Origin: a virus
IMG/VR virus record: IMGVR_UViG_3300045988_167063
DNA: 64,000 nt
Reading direction: 5' to 3' (one strand)
Below, piece by piece: positions 56,047 to 64,000 of the stretch (positions within the stretch are counted from its first letter, which is position 1; every line of letters starts with the position of its first letter). The position numbers were made by a program, and so were the translations under genes. The notes beneath the pieces are model-generated. The model saw only the letters and a program-made list of their open reading frames with translations, had not been told where the DNA came from and ran no database searches.

Positions 56047-56936
56047 CAATATGTTATCGTATAGGTTTTTTATCCCATACCTCTTATGGTTTCCCATAAG
56101 TTCAGACTATCTCTTTACCCTCGTCTTATCCGTTAGGGTATTCGGCACTCTTGCAAAGGATTATTGTTTGTCTACTCACCTTGTAGTCGTTAAACCTTAC
56201 TGCCTACTTTTACGACATTCAGCAGTCTTGGTAATTGATTGGCTTATGTGTGTTAATTTTTGCAATATATCCATAGCAAGGCTTATTACATTTTGCCCTT
56301 CTTGCTATAAATCCACTAATTGCATTTATGCTTCCTTTAAGGTTCTGTTTAGTTTTAATCCATTCCGAACAATTCTTTATGCAAGAAAACGATTTTACCA
56401 AATTATCATTTTTATATAAGTCGACAGACTTACTTTTACCATTTTTATCTCCGAGTTTACAAACACTATATTTACCAATATCGGAACTATATCGAACATT
56501 ATCTTTGTGTGTAATCCATTCAAGATTATCAACACGATTATTTGTTCTATTATAGTCTTTATGATTTATTTCTAAATATTTATTTGGATTTGGAATAAAT
56601 GCTTCTGCTACTAATCTGTGAACAGATACATATCTTTTATTTCCACACATTTGTAAACAAACTACTTTATATCCATCTGAATTTGTTTTTGGCTTTTTAA
56701 TCTTTTCATTCCTTACAATATATCCACATTTTGCTTGTGGATGAGGAACTTTTCTACAAAGAGATTTTACTCTTCCAAAATTACTAATTTGATAATAGCC
56801 TAAAAATCCATCTATATCCTTCCATTGTTCTTTCAAAAAATCACCTCCTTGTTTATTTTTTTACACACACTTAGCGTTCCAATTTTCACCGAATAGTTTT
56901 AGAAAAGTGTTTCCACTTAACCGACCCATTTTATTA
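56047..56936 (-). mobile_element. group I intron with HNH endonuclease ORF, inserted at the DFDSD motif
   Basis: Follows ggcT. Core GGTTTAACGACTACAAGG and AGAGATAGTCTGAAC lies downstream of the ORF. 3' end is CCTATACGATAACATATTG. Confidence 0.65.
56219..56836 (-). CDS. HNH homing endonuclease with NUMOD4-like N-terminus
   Basis: WKDIDGFLGYYQISNFGRVKS (NUMOD4-like). HNH motif EINHKDYNRTNNRVDNLEWITHKDN. Confidence 0.8.
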   Translation of the reverse strand: MKEQWKDIDGFLGYYQISNFGRVKSLCRKVPHPQAKCGYIVRNEKIKKPKTNSDGYKVVCLQMCGNKRYVSVHRLVAEAFIPNPNKYLEINHKDYNRTNNRVDNLEWITHKDNVRYSSDIGKYSVCKLGDKNGKSKSVDLYKNDNLVKSFSCIKNCSEWIKTKQNLKGSINAISGFIARRAKCNKPCYGYIAKINTHKPINYQDC

Positions 56937-58746
56937 AGCCATTAGTCCTATCTTGTAAATCCGTTCCAATACAATTCACAGCCACAATATTCTCACTAAA
57001 AGGAAAATATTTTTGCATCTCTTTTGAGTAAGTATTTTTTAAATAACAAATATTATTTGGACTGTTTTGAGGTGACCTTATACCACATAAATATTCTCCG
57101 TCATTAAATCTTGTAGTATAACATTGAATAGTTCCCTGCTCTTGTTCAAAGCAAGGGTCTTTAGTCCAATCCTCGCCAACTGCATATAACAGTAAAGCAT
57201 AGGGGTTTCCACACATTGTCAAATTATCTGCATTGACAGTTATTTTGCCTTTACGCAATTTTTCAACATAAGCAAAAATAATTTTTCGCTTTTCAGTTCT
57301 AAACCACTTACTATTTGCAAAATCTTTATTTTGATTATATAAATCTGCCATCATTTCATAATGATTTATTTCATTTGCATTTAATCTTAAAAACTTTTCA
57401 AACTCATCGTTATCTTGCTTTAACTTTTCAACATACGCTACACTATATTGAGCAAGTTCTTTAATTTCATCTTTACTACAAGGCAATGAATTAACCATTT
57501 GATAACTCATTTGTTGAACATTTCCGAGTTTACTTTTATGGTCTGTTTTAACGATACCAAAAATGCTGTTGTCAGCCTTTATTCTATCACACCAATATTT
57601 ATAAGGGTTATCCCCCATAAGCTCTGTAAACTTTTTCCATTTAATCGCATTGTCTGTTGTAATAACTTTAATATTTTTTGCTAAATGTTTCACGCCAAAC
57701 ATATCTTCAATTTCAAAAGTTTCATAATCAACATTGTTTTCAATACACCAATCTTTTAAAAATTGTTGTAAATTAGTTCTAAATCCACACATTTTAAAAA
57801 AATGATTTCTTAACAACATCATTCCGTTGACATATTTAGGCATTATAGAAGTTTCAACTAACCCCATACCATCCCATAAAGTATTTTTTAGATTAACATT
57901 TTCTTTATGTACGACACATTTTTTAGTTGGTACTCGTATTTTTTTAAATACTCTTTTAGGCTTTTTACCTTGACTTAAAGCTTTTTGTCTATTAATTTCA
58001 GTTTTTTCTGTATCAATAACTTTTTTCTCAACAAAATACTCTTCAGCTCTAACAATATTTGCCATTGTTTGAAAATAACTATCTTGGTCTTTTAAAATTA
58101 AAATATCCTCAACAGGAATATGAATGTTCCCTACAATAGTGCTTGTAGTTAAAGGGGCATAAGCAGACATTTCAACAATTTTTGCCTTTTTTTTATCCAT
58201 TTTGTTCCCCAAACCCATAGTAAGCCATTCGTATGCTGTTTTATAATACTTTTCGTTAATAAAGATAGATTGCCCGACTTTAGCTTTTGAGGGCGTTCTA
58301 AAGAGCATTTTATAATGAATTGTTTGTGTCTTTTTTATTGCTCCGTTCTTATCTCTTGTCACATAATCAATAGAAACACCATTTTGATAATATTCATCTC
58401 TTATTTCTTCCATACTCTTTTTTATAAATTTATCTTTATTCTCGTGTACTGTATTTAAAATTTCATTTAATCGTTCTAATGATTTTTCATCTGCTTTTTC
58501 AATAAGCGTTTCTATCTGTTGTACTTTTTCTTCATAAGACTTTGAGCCAAAGTCAAATTCAAGACAAACAATATCTCTTGTAGACTCACCTTTGTAAACA
58601 TTAAGACCTTTATTTATAATATAATTACTAAACAATGAATTATTAAACATTGCGTCAGTATAATCAAGCCTATCCCTTACTCCGAGATTATATTCATAAA
58701 GCGTTCCTGCCTTAATATTTTTAATTTTTATTCCAAACTCGGACAA
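56937..58746 (-). CDS. YonO/RdRP-like single-chain RNA polymerase, exon 1
   Basis: TTG start after AAGGAGTG. SKAKVGQSIF (compare RdRP SK.aaR.GQ.FS). IRSPQNSPNN...TDLQDRTNG precedes the metal-binding motif. Confidence 0.6.
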
Positions 58747-58865
58747 TTTATCACTCCTTATATCGCCTGTGTGCCTATATAAGCCATTTTTATATTAAAG
58801 GAATATAATTTCACTATTATTATATAAAAGTGTCTTATTCAGCCTTACAGAGCATTATAATTATA

Positions 58866-59030
58866 TTATTTATTAAATTCATCTATTACAAATGCTTTTT
58901 CAACACCAAAAGTATTGTCGTAGCATAAATTTTCGTATAGACCATAGAATACTACATTTTCATAATCAGCCGAAGCTAAATCTTTTCTTTGTAGTTCGTG
59001 TTTTCTATTGGCAAATTTATAATATGACAT
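58866..59030 (-). CDS. small hypothetical protein (54 aa)
   Basis: Hand-translated MSYYKFANRKHELQRKDL.... First ORF after the minus-strand promoter. An in-frame GTG at 59042 is an alternative start. Confidence 0.35.
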   Translation of the reverse strand: MSYYKFANRKHELQRKDLASADYENVVFYGLYENLCYDNTFGVEKAFVIDEFNK

Positions 59031-59134
59031 TTCGTTCCACACGATTTCGTTATTCTCCTTTCGTGTTATAGATTACTTTTATGCTTTGATATTGAAATTT
59101 GTAAGCACAAAAGTAAATTTTCAATCTTTTCTTA

Positions 59135-59163
59135 ATTATACCATATTTCATTGTAAAAGTCAA
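59135..59163 (-). promoter_or_regulatory. sigma70-type promoter driving the minus-strand block (RNA polymerase gene first)
   Basis: Minus strand: TTGACT-tttacaatgaaatatgg-TATAAT (17-nt spacer, TG extended). Confidence 0.55.
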
Positions 59164-59167
59164 GTGT

Positions 59168-59199
59168 TTTTTTACTTTACCACTTTTTTACTTTACCAC
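59168..59199. repeat. tandem 16-nt direct repeat TTTTTTACTTTACCAC x2
   Basis: Exact copies at 59168-59183 and 59184-59199. Confidence 0.8.
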
Positions 59200-59720
59200 T
59201 TTATTTTTTATATATTTATATATACTTTATAATATAATATAATACTTATATATATATATATATATATATTATATTTATATTAAATAATAATAATTAATAT
59301 AATAATATAGACAAGGAATGATACCAAATCCTGAAAAATAATGCAAATTTCCATTATTTTAATATGTTTTGTCAACGATAAAAGGTACTTATTTTAAAGA
59401 GGCACTATAAAAATCAATAATGAAATAATATATAATTTACATCTTTTTAAAGAAATCTTTGGGAAATTATCGGCTTTTCGTAAGAAAAGCTTTAATCGAA
59501 AAAGTTAAGACACGATAGTGGCTTAATTTTTTTGTCAAAAGTTAAGGAGCGTAGCGACTTAACTTGCGACAGCCTTGTGAAATCTTATGAGGAATATTTA
59601 TTTTTAATATTTATAAATTAAATTTTATATTATATAATAAAATATATAATAAATATATTAATATATAAATTATAATATAATAAGATAATCTAATAAATAA
59701 TATAAATAAAAACATTTTAA
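59200..59720. other. divergent intergenic region: two nearly pure A/T tracts flanking a hairpin-rich island (candidate replication origin)
   Basis: Near-100% A/T at about 59200-59300, including an (AT)n run around 59248-59268, and at about 59590-59700. The central segment carries three stem-loops. Confidence 0.4.
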
Positions 59721-59790
59721 ACATATTCTATTAACTTGATATGTAATATGATACAGTTAAATTTCAATCACAATTTTTTTAAAAAAGTTC

Positions 59791-59819
59791 TTGACATTTA
59801 GATAAAACTATGGTATAAT
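59791..59819 (+). promoter_or_regulatory. sigma70-type promoter for the plus-strand early block
   Basis: TTGACA 59791-59796, 17-nt spacer, tgGTATAAT with TATAAT at 59814-59819. Confidence 0.6.
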
Positions 59820-59838
59820 TAAGAAAATCGACAAAGAG

Positions 59839-60762
59839 GTGATATTTATTGAATTAGAATTTGATAAAAAATATAAATATCAACAACTATGTAGTATCTT
59901 TCAGCTTGAAGTTAAAAGAGGTTCGGCACAAAGAACTCAAATAAGTAAACTTAAAGAAAAGTATGATATTGAAAAAGATAATGGCTTTTATATTATTCAT
60001 AGAGAATATTCACAAGAAGAACAATTAGATAATATAAAATATCATAAATATAAAAAACTTATTGAGCCTATGTTATATACCATTTTGTCGCAGCCGAATA
60101 AAGATGTGATAAGAATGGATATGCACGAACTTATGGAGTTTTTAGGAATAGTCAATAAAGATTATCATTATGCTAAATATCATCCAAAAGAATGTATTGA
60201 GCAAATTGATAAAGGTACGGTCGCAGGACTTACTATATTTTCAAGAGAAAGTGAACCTTTATTAAAAAGAATTATTGTAGATGTTCTTAAAGATATGCAA
60301 AGAAAATGTTTAATTAAAGTTAATATGATACCTATGTTTGCCAAAAAGTATATCAACAACGAGGATGGCAAATTATATACAAAAGTATGGGAAGCAAATA
60401 AAATAACAGAAATTCCTAAATTACTTGAGGCTAAAAGGTTAGTCCTTAAAGAATTTAACATTGAATATTGGGATGATTTACAATATAATCAATTTGGGAG
60501 AGCAAAAGATATTATTGCAGAACAATTAGGTATTGATTATTTTTATTATGAATATGAATTGATATTAAATAAGCAAGGACTTAATGAGTTAATTACTGAA
60601 AATTACACGGAATTAAAAAAAGCTCTTAATAAACACATTCAGTCAAAAACTAAAATGTCAAAACAAGGAAATTTAAAATTCCTTACAGACAATGAAAAAA
60701 GTGTTTACATTGAGCATTTTATCAATACTGAAAAAGATTATAGATTGAGGGATAAAAAATAA
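59839..60762 (+). CDS. hypothetical early protein
   Basis: Long ORF right after the promoter. The first ATG is about 78 codons in, so a non-ATG start (GTG 59839 or nearby) is needed. No motif recognised. Confidence 0.5.
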   Translation: MIFIELEFDKKYKYQQLCSIFQLEVKRGSAQRTQISKLKEKYDIEKDNGFYIIHREYSQEEQLDNIKYHKYKKLIEPMLYTILSQPNKDVIRMDMHELMEFLGIVNKDYHYAKYHPKECIEQIDKGTVAGLTIFSRESEPLLKRIIVDVLKDMQRKCLIKVNMIPMFAKKYINNEDGKLYTKVWEANKITEIPKLLEAKRLVLKEFNIEYWDDLQYNQFGRAKDIIAEQLGIDYFYYEYELILNKQGLNELITENYTELKKALNKHIQSKTKMSKQGNLKFLTDNEKSVYIEHFINTEKDYRLRDKK

Positions 60763-60765
60763 AAA

Positions 60766-60891
60766 ATGAATATAGATTTTAAATATTTATACGAAAAGAA
60801 AAGATTAAGACTTAGTTCAAAGAAAGGTCACATTGATGAAAAATTATTAACGAAAGGTAAAAAATATGACAATAAAAGAATTGATGAATAA
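60766..60891 (+). CDS. small basic ORF (41 aa)
   Basis: Hand-translated. Low confidence. Confidence 0.25.
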   Translation: MNIDFKYLYEKKRLRLSSKKGHIDEKLLTKGKKYDNKRIDE

Positions 60892-61003
60892 ATTAAACCA
60901 AATTGAAAATAAAGACTTACCAATTAAATATTTTAGTTACAATGGCTATACTAAGACCATTGAAAATATTGAAATAAAAGATAATTATTTGGAGGTAAAA
61001 TAA
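60866..61003 (+). CDS. small ORF (45 aa)
   Basis: MTIKELMNKLNQIENK.... Its stop overlaps the ATG of the next gene (TAATG). Confidence 0.35.
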   Translation: MTIKELMNKLNQIENKDLPIKYFSYNGYTKTIENIEIKDNYLEVK

Positions 61004-61377
61004 TGACTTGTAAAGAAAATATTAAATGGCTTGAAAGCCTTAAAAAAGAGTTAGAACAAAGCCAATATCAATGTTTATGGCATTATGAGCAAGCATTAGC
61101 AGAAACTATTGAACTATTGCAAAGCGACAGGCTTGTTGAACTGCCTTGTAGAATTGACGATAAAGTCTATTATATAATAATAAAAAGATATGTTCCTTTA
61201 ACATACAAGATAGTAGAAGCCAAAGTACTTGATTATAACATTAATAGATACGGAATTTGTGGTGTGAAAATAAGACCGTTAAATTCAGAGTATACATTCG
61301 AAACAAATATTGATAAGATATTTCTCACTAAAGAAGAAGCAGAAGCAAAGTTAAAGGAGTTGAACGGCAATGATTGA
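61003..61377 (+). CDS. hypothetical early protein
   Basis: GGAGG RBS. C-terminal FLTKEEAEAKLKEL motif is common in small phage proteins. Confidence 0.55.
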   Translation: MTCKENIKWLESLKKELEQSQYQCLWHYEQALAETIELLQSDRLVELPCRIDDKVYYIIIKRYVPLTYKIVEAKVLDYNINRYGICGVKIRPLNSEYTFETNIDKIFLTKEEAEAKLKELNGND

Positions 61378-61516
61378 TGAAACTTTAGAACTTACACTTG
61401 ACGAAGTGGAATATATAATTGCGTTCATTCGCAGTCACGAATGGAATGACATACCTGAAACATTAAAAAGTAAAATTTTACCGAAGTTAGAAAATTTCTG
61501 TGATGAATGTTATTAA
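61370..61516 (+). CDS. small ORF (48 aa)
   Basis: Hand-translated MIDETLELTLDEVEYII.... Overlaps the upstream stop. Confidence 0.35.
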   Translation: MIDETLELTLDEVEYIIAFIRSHEWNDIPETLKSKILPKLENFCDECY

Positions 61517-61536
61517 TCAAAGGAGTTGAATGAAAA

Positions 61537-61851
61537 ATGAAAGAAAATTTAATGTTGTTTTTTACTTTCTTTGGAATAATATCTTCAGTTATAGTATTAG
61601 TAACTATCATAATGTTTATTATAATGGCGGCATATTATTTTATCACAGAAAAAATTGAAGAATTGAAATATGATTATAAAGCCAAGCATCGTTTCGATAA
61701 ACCACCATTAGCTAATTGTTATTGCATAGATTGCAAGTCTTACAATCGTGAAAATGAGAGATGTTATAGGCTTAACCGAAGCACAGCAGATAATTGGTTT
61801 TGTAGTTGGGCAGAAAGGAAACGAGTAGAAAATGAGCAAGAAAAAGCGTAA
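61537..61851 (+). CDS. small membrane-anchored Cys-motif protein
   Basis: TM helix plus CYCIDCKSY...C...FCSWAERK motif. Confidence 0.55.
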   Translation: MKENLMLFFTFFGIISSVIVLVTIIMFIIMAAYYFITEKIEELKYDYKAKHRFDKPPLANCYCIDCKSYNRENERCYRLNRSTADNWFCSWAERKRVENEQEKA

Positions 61852-62050
61852 GTTTAGGGTTATGACTCTTGATGAATATTGTACTTATAGAAAAACGGGG
61901 TGTAATGGCTGTGAGTATCGCCAAAGTTTAACTTATTATGATTATTACTGTGATTATTCAAACTTTAATAAAGTAAATCGAGAGCGTGACAAAAGTAAGC
62001 CTTACAAAACAAAAGACGGCAAATACATATTGATTGAGGTAAAAGAATAA
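61832..62050 (+). CDS. small Cys-motif protein
   Basis: CNGCEY...YCDY. Confidence 0.5.
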   Translation: MSKKKRKFRVMTLDEYCTYRKTGCNGCEYRQSLTYYDYYCDYSNFNKVNRERDKSKPYKTKDGKYILIEVKE

Positions 62051-62316
62051 TGACAGAAAGTAATGTATTTTTAAAATTTGGTGCATTGAGTAACGATTTT
62101 AATACTCAATTCAAACAGCAAGGTTATGAATTGAAAAACAAAAAAATACCTATCCAATTCACCAATATGGTTACAGTTGTCCGTTGTAAAAATTGTAAAC
62201 ATTATATCACAAACACAGAATTATTAGGCAATGTATGCAATCGCTTGTTTACAGTATTTCCAATGAAACCCAACGATTTTTGCAGTTATGGAGAACGGAA
62301 AGGAGAGCAAAAATGA
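62050..62316 (+). CDS. small Cys-motif protein, C-terminal motif paralogous to 61537..61851
   Basis: CKNCKHY...C...FCSYGERK. Confidence 0.55.
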   Translation: MTESNVFLKFGALSNDFNTQFKQQGYELKNKKIPIQFTNMVTVVRCKNCKHYITNTELLGNVCNRLFTVFPMKPNDFCSYGERKGEQK

Positions 62317-62801
62317 GAGAGATTTTATTTAGAGCAACGGATTTGTCAGGTGTTAACAATCGCTCTTGGGTTTTTGGCAGTTTAGATACAACTGAAAATG
62401 AATATACAATAATGATTTACCCCGACAGATTTGGTAACAAGTGTAGAATTTTTGTTGACCCTAAAACAGTAGGGCAATACACAGGACTGATTGATAAAAA
62501 CGGCAAAAAGATATTTGAGGGTGATATTGTTCAGTATTTAACTTATGATGAATTTGATTGTCAATCTGTCGTTAAATTTGGCAAATACAAACAAGACGGT
62601 AGTGAAGGTGAATATAAAGCGAGTGACTGTTTAGGATTTTATGTTGAAGTAGATAATTTTACTTGCCCCGATTGGTGTGATAACGAACCTGAAAAATTTC
62701 ACGATTACTTGGAACAGCAAAGTTTAGCAGAGATAGCGAGTCGATGCGAAGTTATTGGCAATATACACGATAACCCCGAATTGTTGGAGGTAAAAGAATG
62801 A
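62313..62801 (+). CDS. YopX-family protein
   Basis: ATG 62313 after AAAGGAGAG. REILFRA..., VGQYTGLIDKNGKKIFEGDIV, VIGNIHDNPELLE are YopX hallmarks. Confidence 0.75.
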   Translation: MREILFRATDLSGVNNRSWVFGSLDTTENEYTIMIYPDRFGNKCRIFVDPKTVGQYTGLIDKNGKKIFEGDIVQYLTYDEFDCQSVVKFGKYKQDGSEGEYKASDCLGFYVEVDNFTCPDWCDNEPEKFHDYLEQQSLAEIASRCEVIGNIHDNPELLEVKE

Positions 62802-63001
62802 ATAATTTTGAAGATATTAAAAATAAAAACATTCAAGAAATGGCTGAATGGATAGAGGAAATATTTTCAAGTAACCCCTGTTATTGTTGTGTAAAAAAAG
62901 ATATTGATAAATGTCATTATTATGAAAAAAATTATTATGATAGAATAGAACTTTGTGTCGAAAATAGAAAATTGTGGCTTGAAAGTGAGGTAGAGGAATA
63001 A
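62798..63001 (+). CDS. hypothetical early protein
   Basis: Coupled ORF. Confidence 0.5.
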   Translation: MNNFEDIKNKNIQEMAEWIEEIFSSNPCYCCVKKDIDKCHYYEKNYYDRIELCVENRKLWLESEVEE

Positions 63002-63264
63002 TGGCAGGAATTATAGCAAAGCAACCTAATGGCTTATATTGTAGAATTTCAACCATAATTGACGCACCTACACATTCCAATATGACAAAACAAGATTATA
63101 TTGATATGTGTGTTGAAAAAGCAAAAGAAGAAGCTGAAAGTGTACTTGAAAATTATTGTTATGATTTTGATAGAGCATTAACATATATCAATTATGGGGA
63201 TAATACAAATATGACAAATGAAGAATATGAACAATTTATTAAATATTGTAATACAAAACCTTAA
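63001..63264 (+). CDS. hypothetical early protein
   Basis: Coupled ORF (TAATG). Confidence 0.5.
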   Translation: MAGIIAKQPNGLYCRISTIIDAPTHSNMTKQDYIDMCVEKAKEEAESVLENYCYDFDRALTYINYGDNTNMTNEEYEQFIKYCNTKP

Positions 63265-63278
63265 GGGAGTGATTAAAT

Positions 63279-63617
63279 TTGGATAGAAGAATTATCGCCG
63301 TTGATTTTGACGGCACATTATGTGAAAGCAATTATCCTTATTGTGGCAAACCTATTATGCCTGTTATCAGAGCTATTACCGAAGAAAAGAAAAAAGGGTC
63401 AATTATTATTCTTTACACTATGAGAGAAGGCAAGGAACTTGATTTGGCTTTAAAATGGTGTAAATGTTATGGCATTGAATTTGATGCCGTAAATGAAAAT
63501 TGTCAATGGGCAAAAGAATACTTCAATAACCCACGAAAAATATTTTATACTGAATTATGGGATGATAGGGCATTTAATGTTGACGATATTATTAGACTAT
63601 ATAATCAATTTTGTTAA
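63279..63617 (+). CDS. small HAD-superfamily-like phosphatase
   Basis: IIAVDFDGTLC (HAD motif I DxDGT), later YTMR and WDDRA. Confidence 0.5.
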   Translation: MDRRIIAVDFDGTLCESNYPYCGKPIMPVIRAITEEKKKGSIIILYTMREGKELDLALKWCKCYGIEFDAVNENCQWAKEYFNNPRKIFYTELWDDRAFNVDDIIRLYNQFC

Positions 63618-63772
63618 TGAATATGAATTATGAATATAGAATTTATGAAGTTAGTTCACAATACAGGCAAGGAAAAGTATTAAAAGATTATAAAAATTAC
63701 AATAATGCTATTGCTCATATGAAAAAATCAATTTTTAAATTTATAAAAGAAATAAAAATAATAAAGGAATAA
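63617..63772 (+). CDS. small ORF (51 aa)
   Basis: Hand-translated. Start overlaps the upstream stop. Confidence 0.3.
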   Translation: MNMNYEYRIYEVSSQYRQGKVLKDYKNYNNAIAHMKKSIFKFIKEIKIIKE

Positions 63773-63777
63773 AATAA

Positions 63778-63942
63778 ATGTTATTTAAAATAATAATTTC
63801 AGTTATGATTTGGTGTTTTGTGTTGAATTTGCCTCTTATATATGAACCAGCAGATATAACACCTAAACAATTTCGTATTTTTTGTTGGTATGAATTTATT
63901 GTTTTAATTGTTGGAACAATTATTATATTTAATTTAAAATAA
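63778..63942 (+). CDS. small two-helix membrane protein (54 aa)
   Basis: Hand-translated MLFKIIISVMIWCFVLNL...FIVLIVGTIIIFNLK. Confidence 0.35.
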   Translation: MLFKIIISVMIWCFVLNLPLIYEPADITPKQFRIFCWYEFIVLIVGTIIIFNLK

Positions 63943-63945
63943 CTC

Positions 63946-63974
63946 TTGACAAATTGATATTTTTATGGTATAAT
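63946..63974 (+). promoter_or_regulatory. sigma70-type promoter
   Basis: TTGACA 63946-63951, 17-nt spacer, tgGTATAAT with TATAAT at 63969-63974. Confidence 0.6.
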
Positions 63975-64000
63975 AAGGGAGAAATCTCGAAAAGGTGTAT

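Noticed and set aside
55949-56419. Plus-strand ORF of 156 aa
   Set aside because: It lies antisense to the RNAP exon 2, the intron and the HNH gene. It has no RBS and a hydrophobic low-complexity translation typical of shadow frames in AT-rich DNA.
59168-59300. Possible CRISPR array or minisatellite
   Set aside because: There are only two adjacent 16-nt copies with no spacers. The rest is simple A/T and (AT)n low complexity.

Overview
This AT-rich window looks like most of a tailed dsDNA phage genome, siphovirus-like, with no sheath gene seen. Translation signals and gene content (NrdD, AgrB-like, BclA-like, MazF-like) suggest an anaerobic Firmicutes/Clostridia host. There are two divergent transcription blocks. 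The plus-strand early, replication and nucleotide-metabolism block runs 59839..64000 and continues at 1..11977. It encodes a C5 methyltransferase, a RecD-like helicase, Gp157, a ThyX-like protein, guanylate kinase, deoxyribosyltransferase-like proteins, NrdD and many small ORFs. The minus-strand block runs 58746 down to 12034. It encodes a YonO-like single-chain RNA polymerase, HU-like proteins, a metallophosphoesterase, terminase, portal, protease/scaffold, capsid, tail tube, tape measure, fibers, holin and endolysin. The two blocks are separated by an almost pure A/T region with repeats (59168..59720), which may be the origin, and by a convergent terminator at 11997..12026. The most striking feature is eight apparent group I introns interrupting five genes: nrdD (3), tape measure (1), major tail (1), terL (2) and the RNA polymerase (1). 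They are accompanied by five homing-endonuclease-type ORFs, three HNH and two Vsr-like PD-(D/E)XK. Other candidates for follow-up are a recurring hairpin plus GTACATA element in front of late operons, an orphan AgrB-like peptidase cluster, a MazF-like toxin with a Cys-rich partner, a degenerate ThyX homolog and a BclA/C1q-like protein. All splice sites are inferred from restored protein motifs plus the U(-1)/terminal-G rule. All functional calls come from motifs recognised by eye, with no database search.
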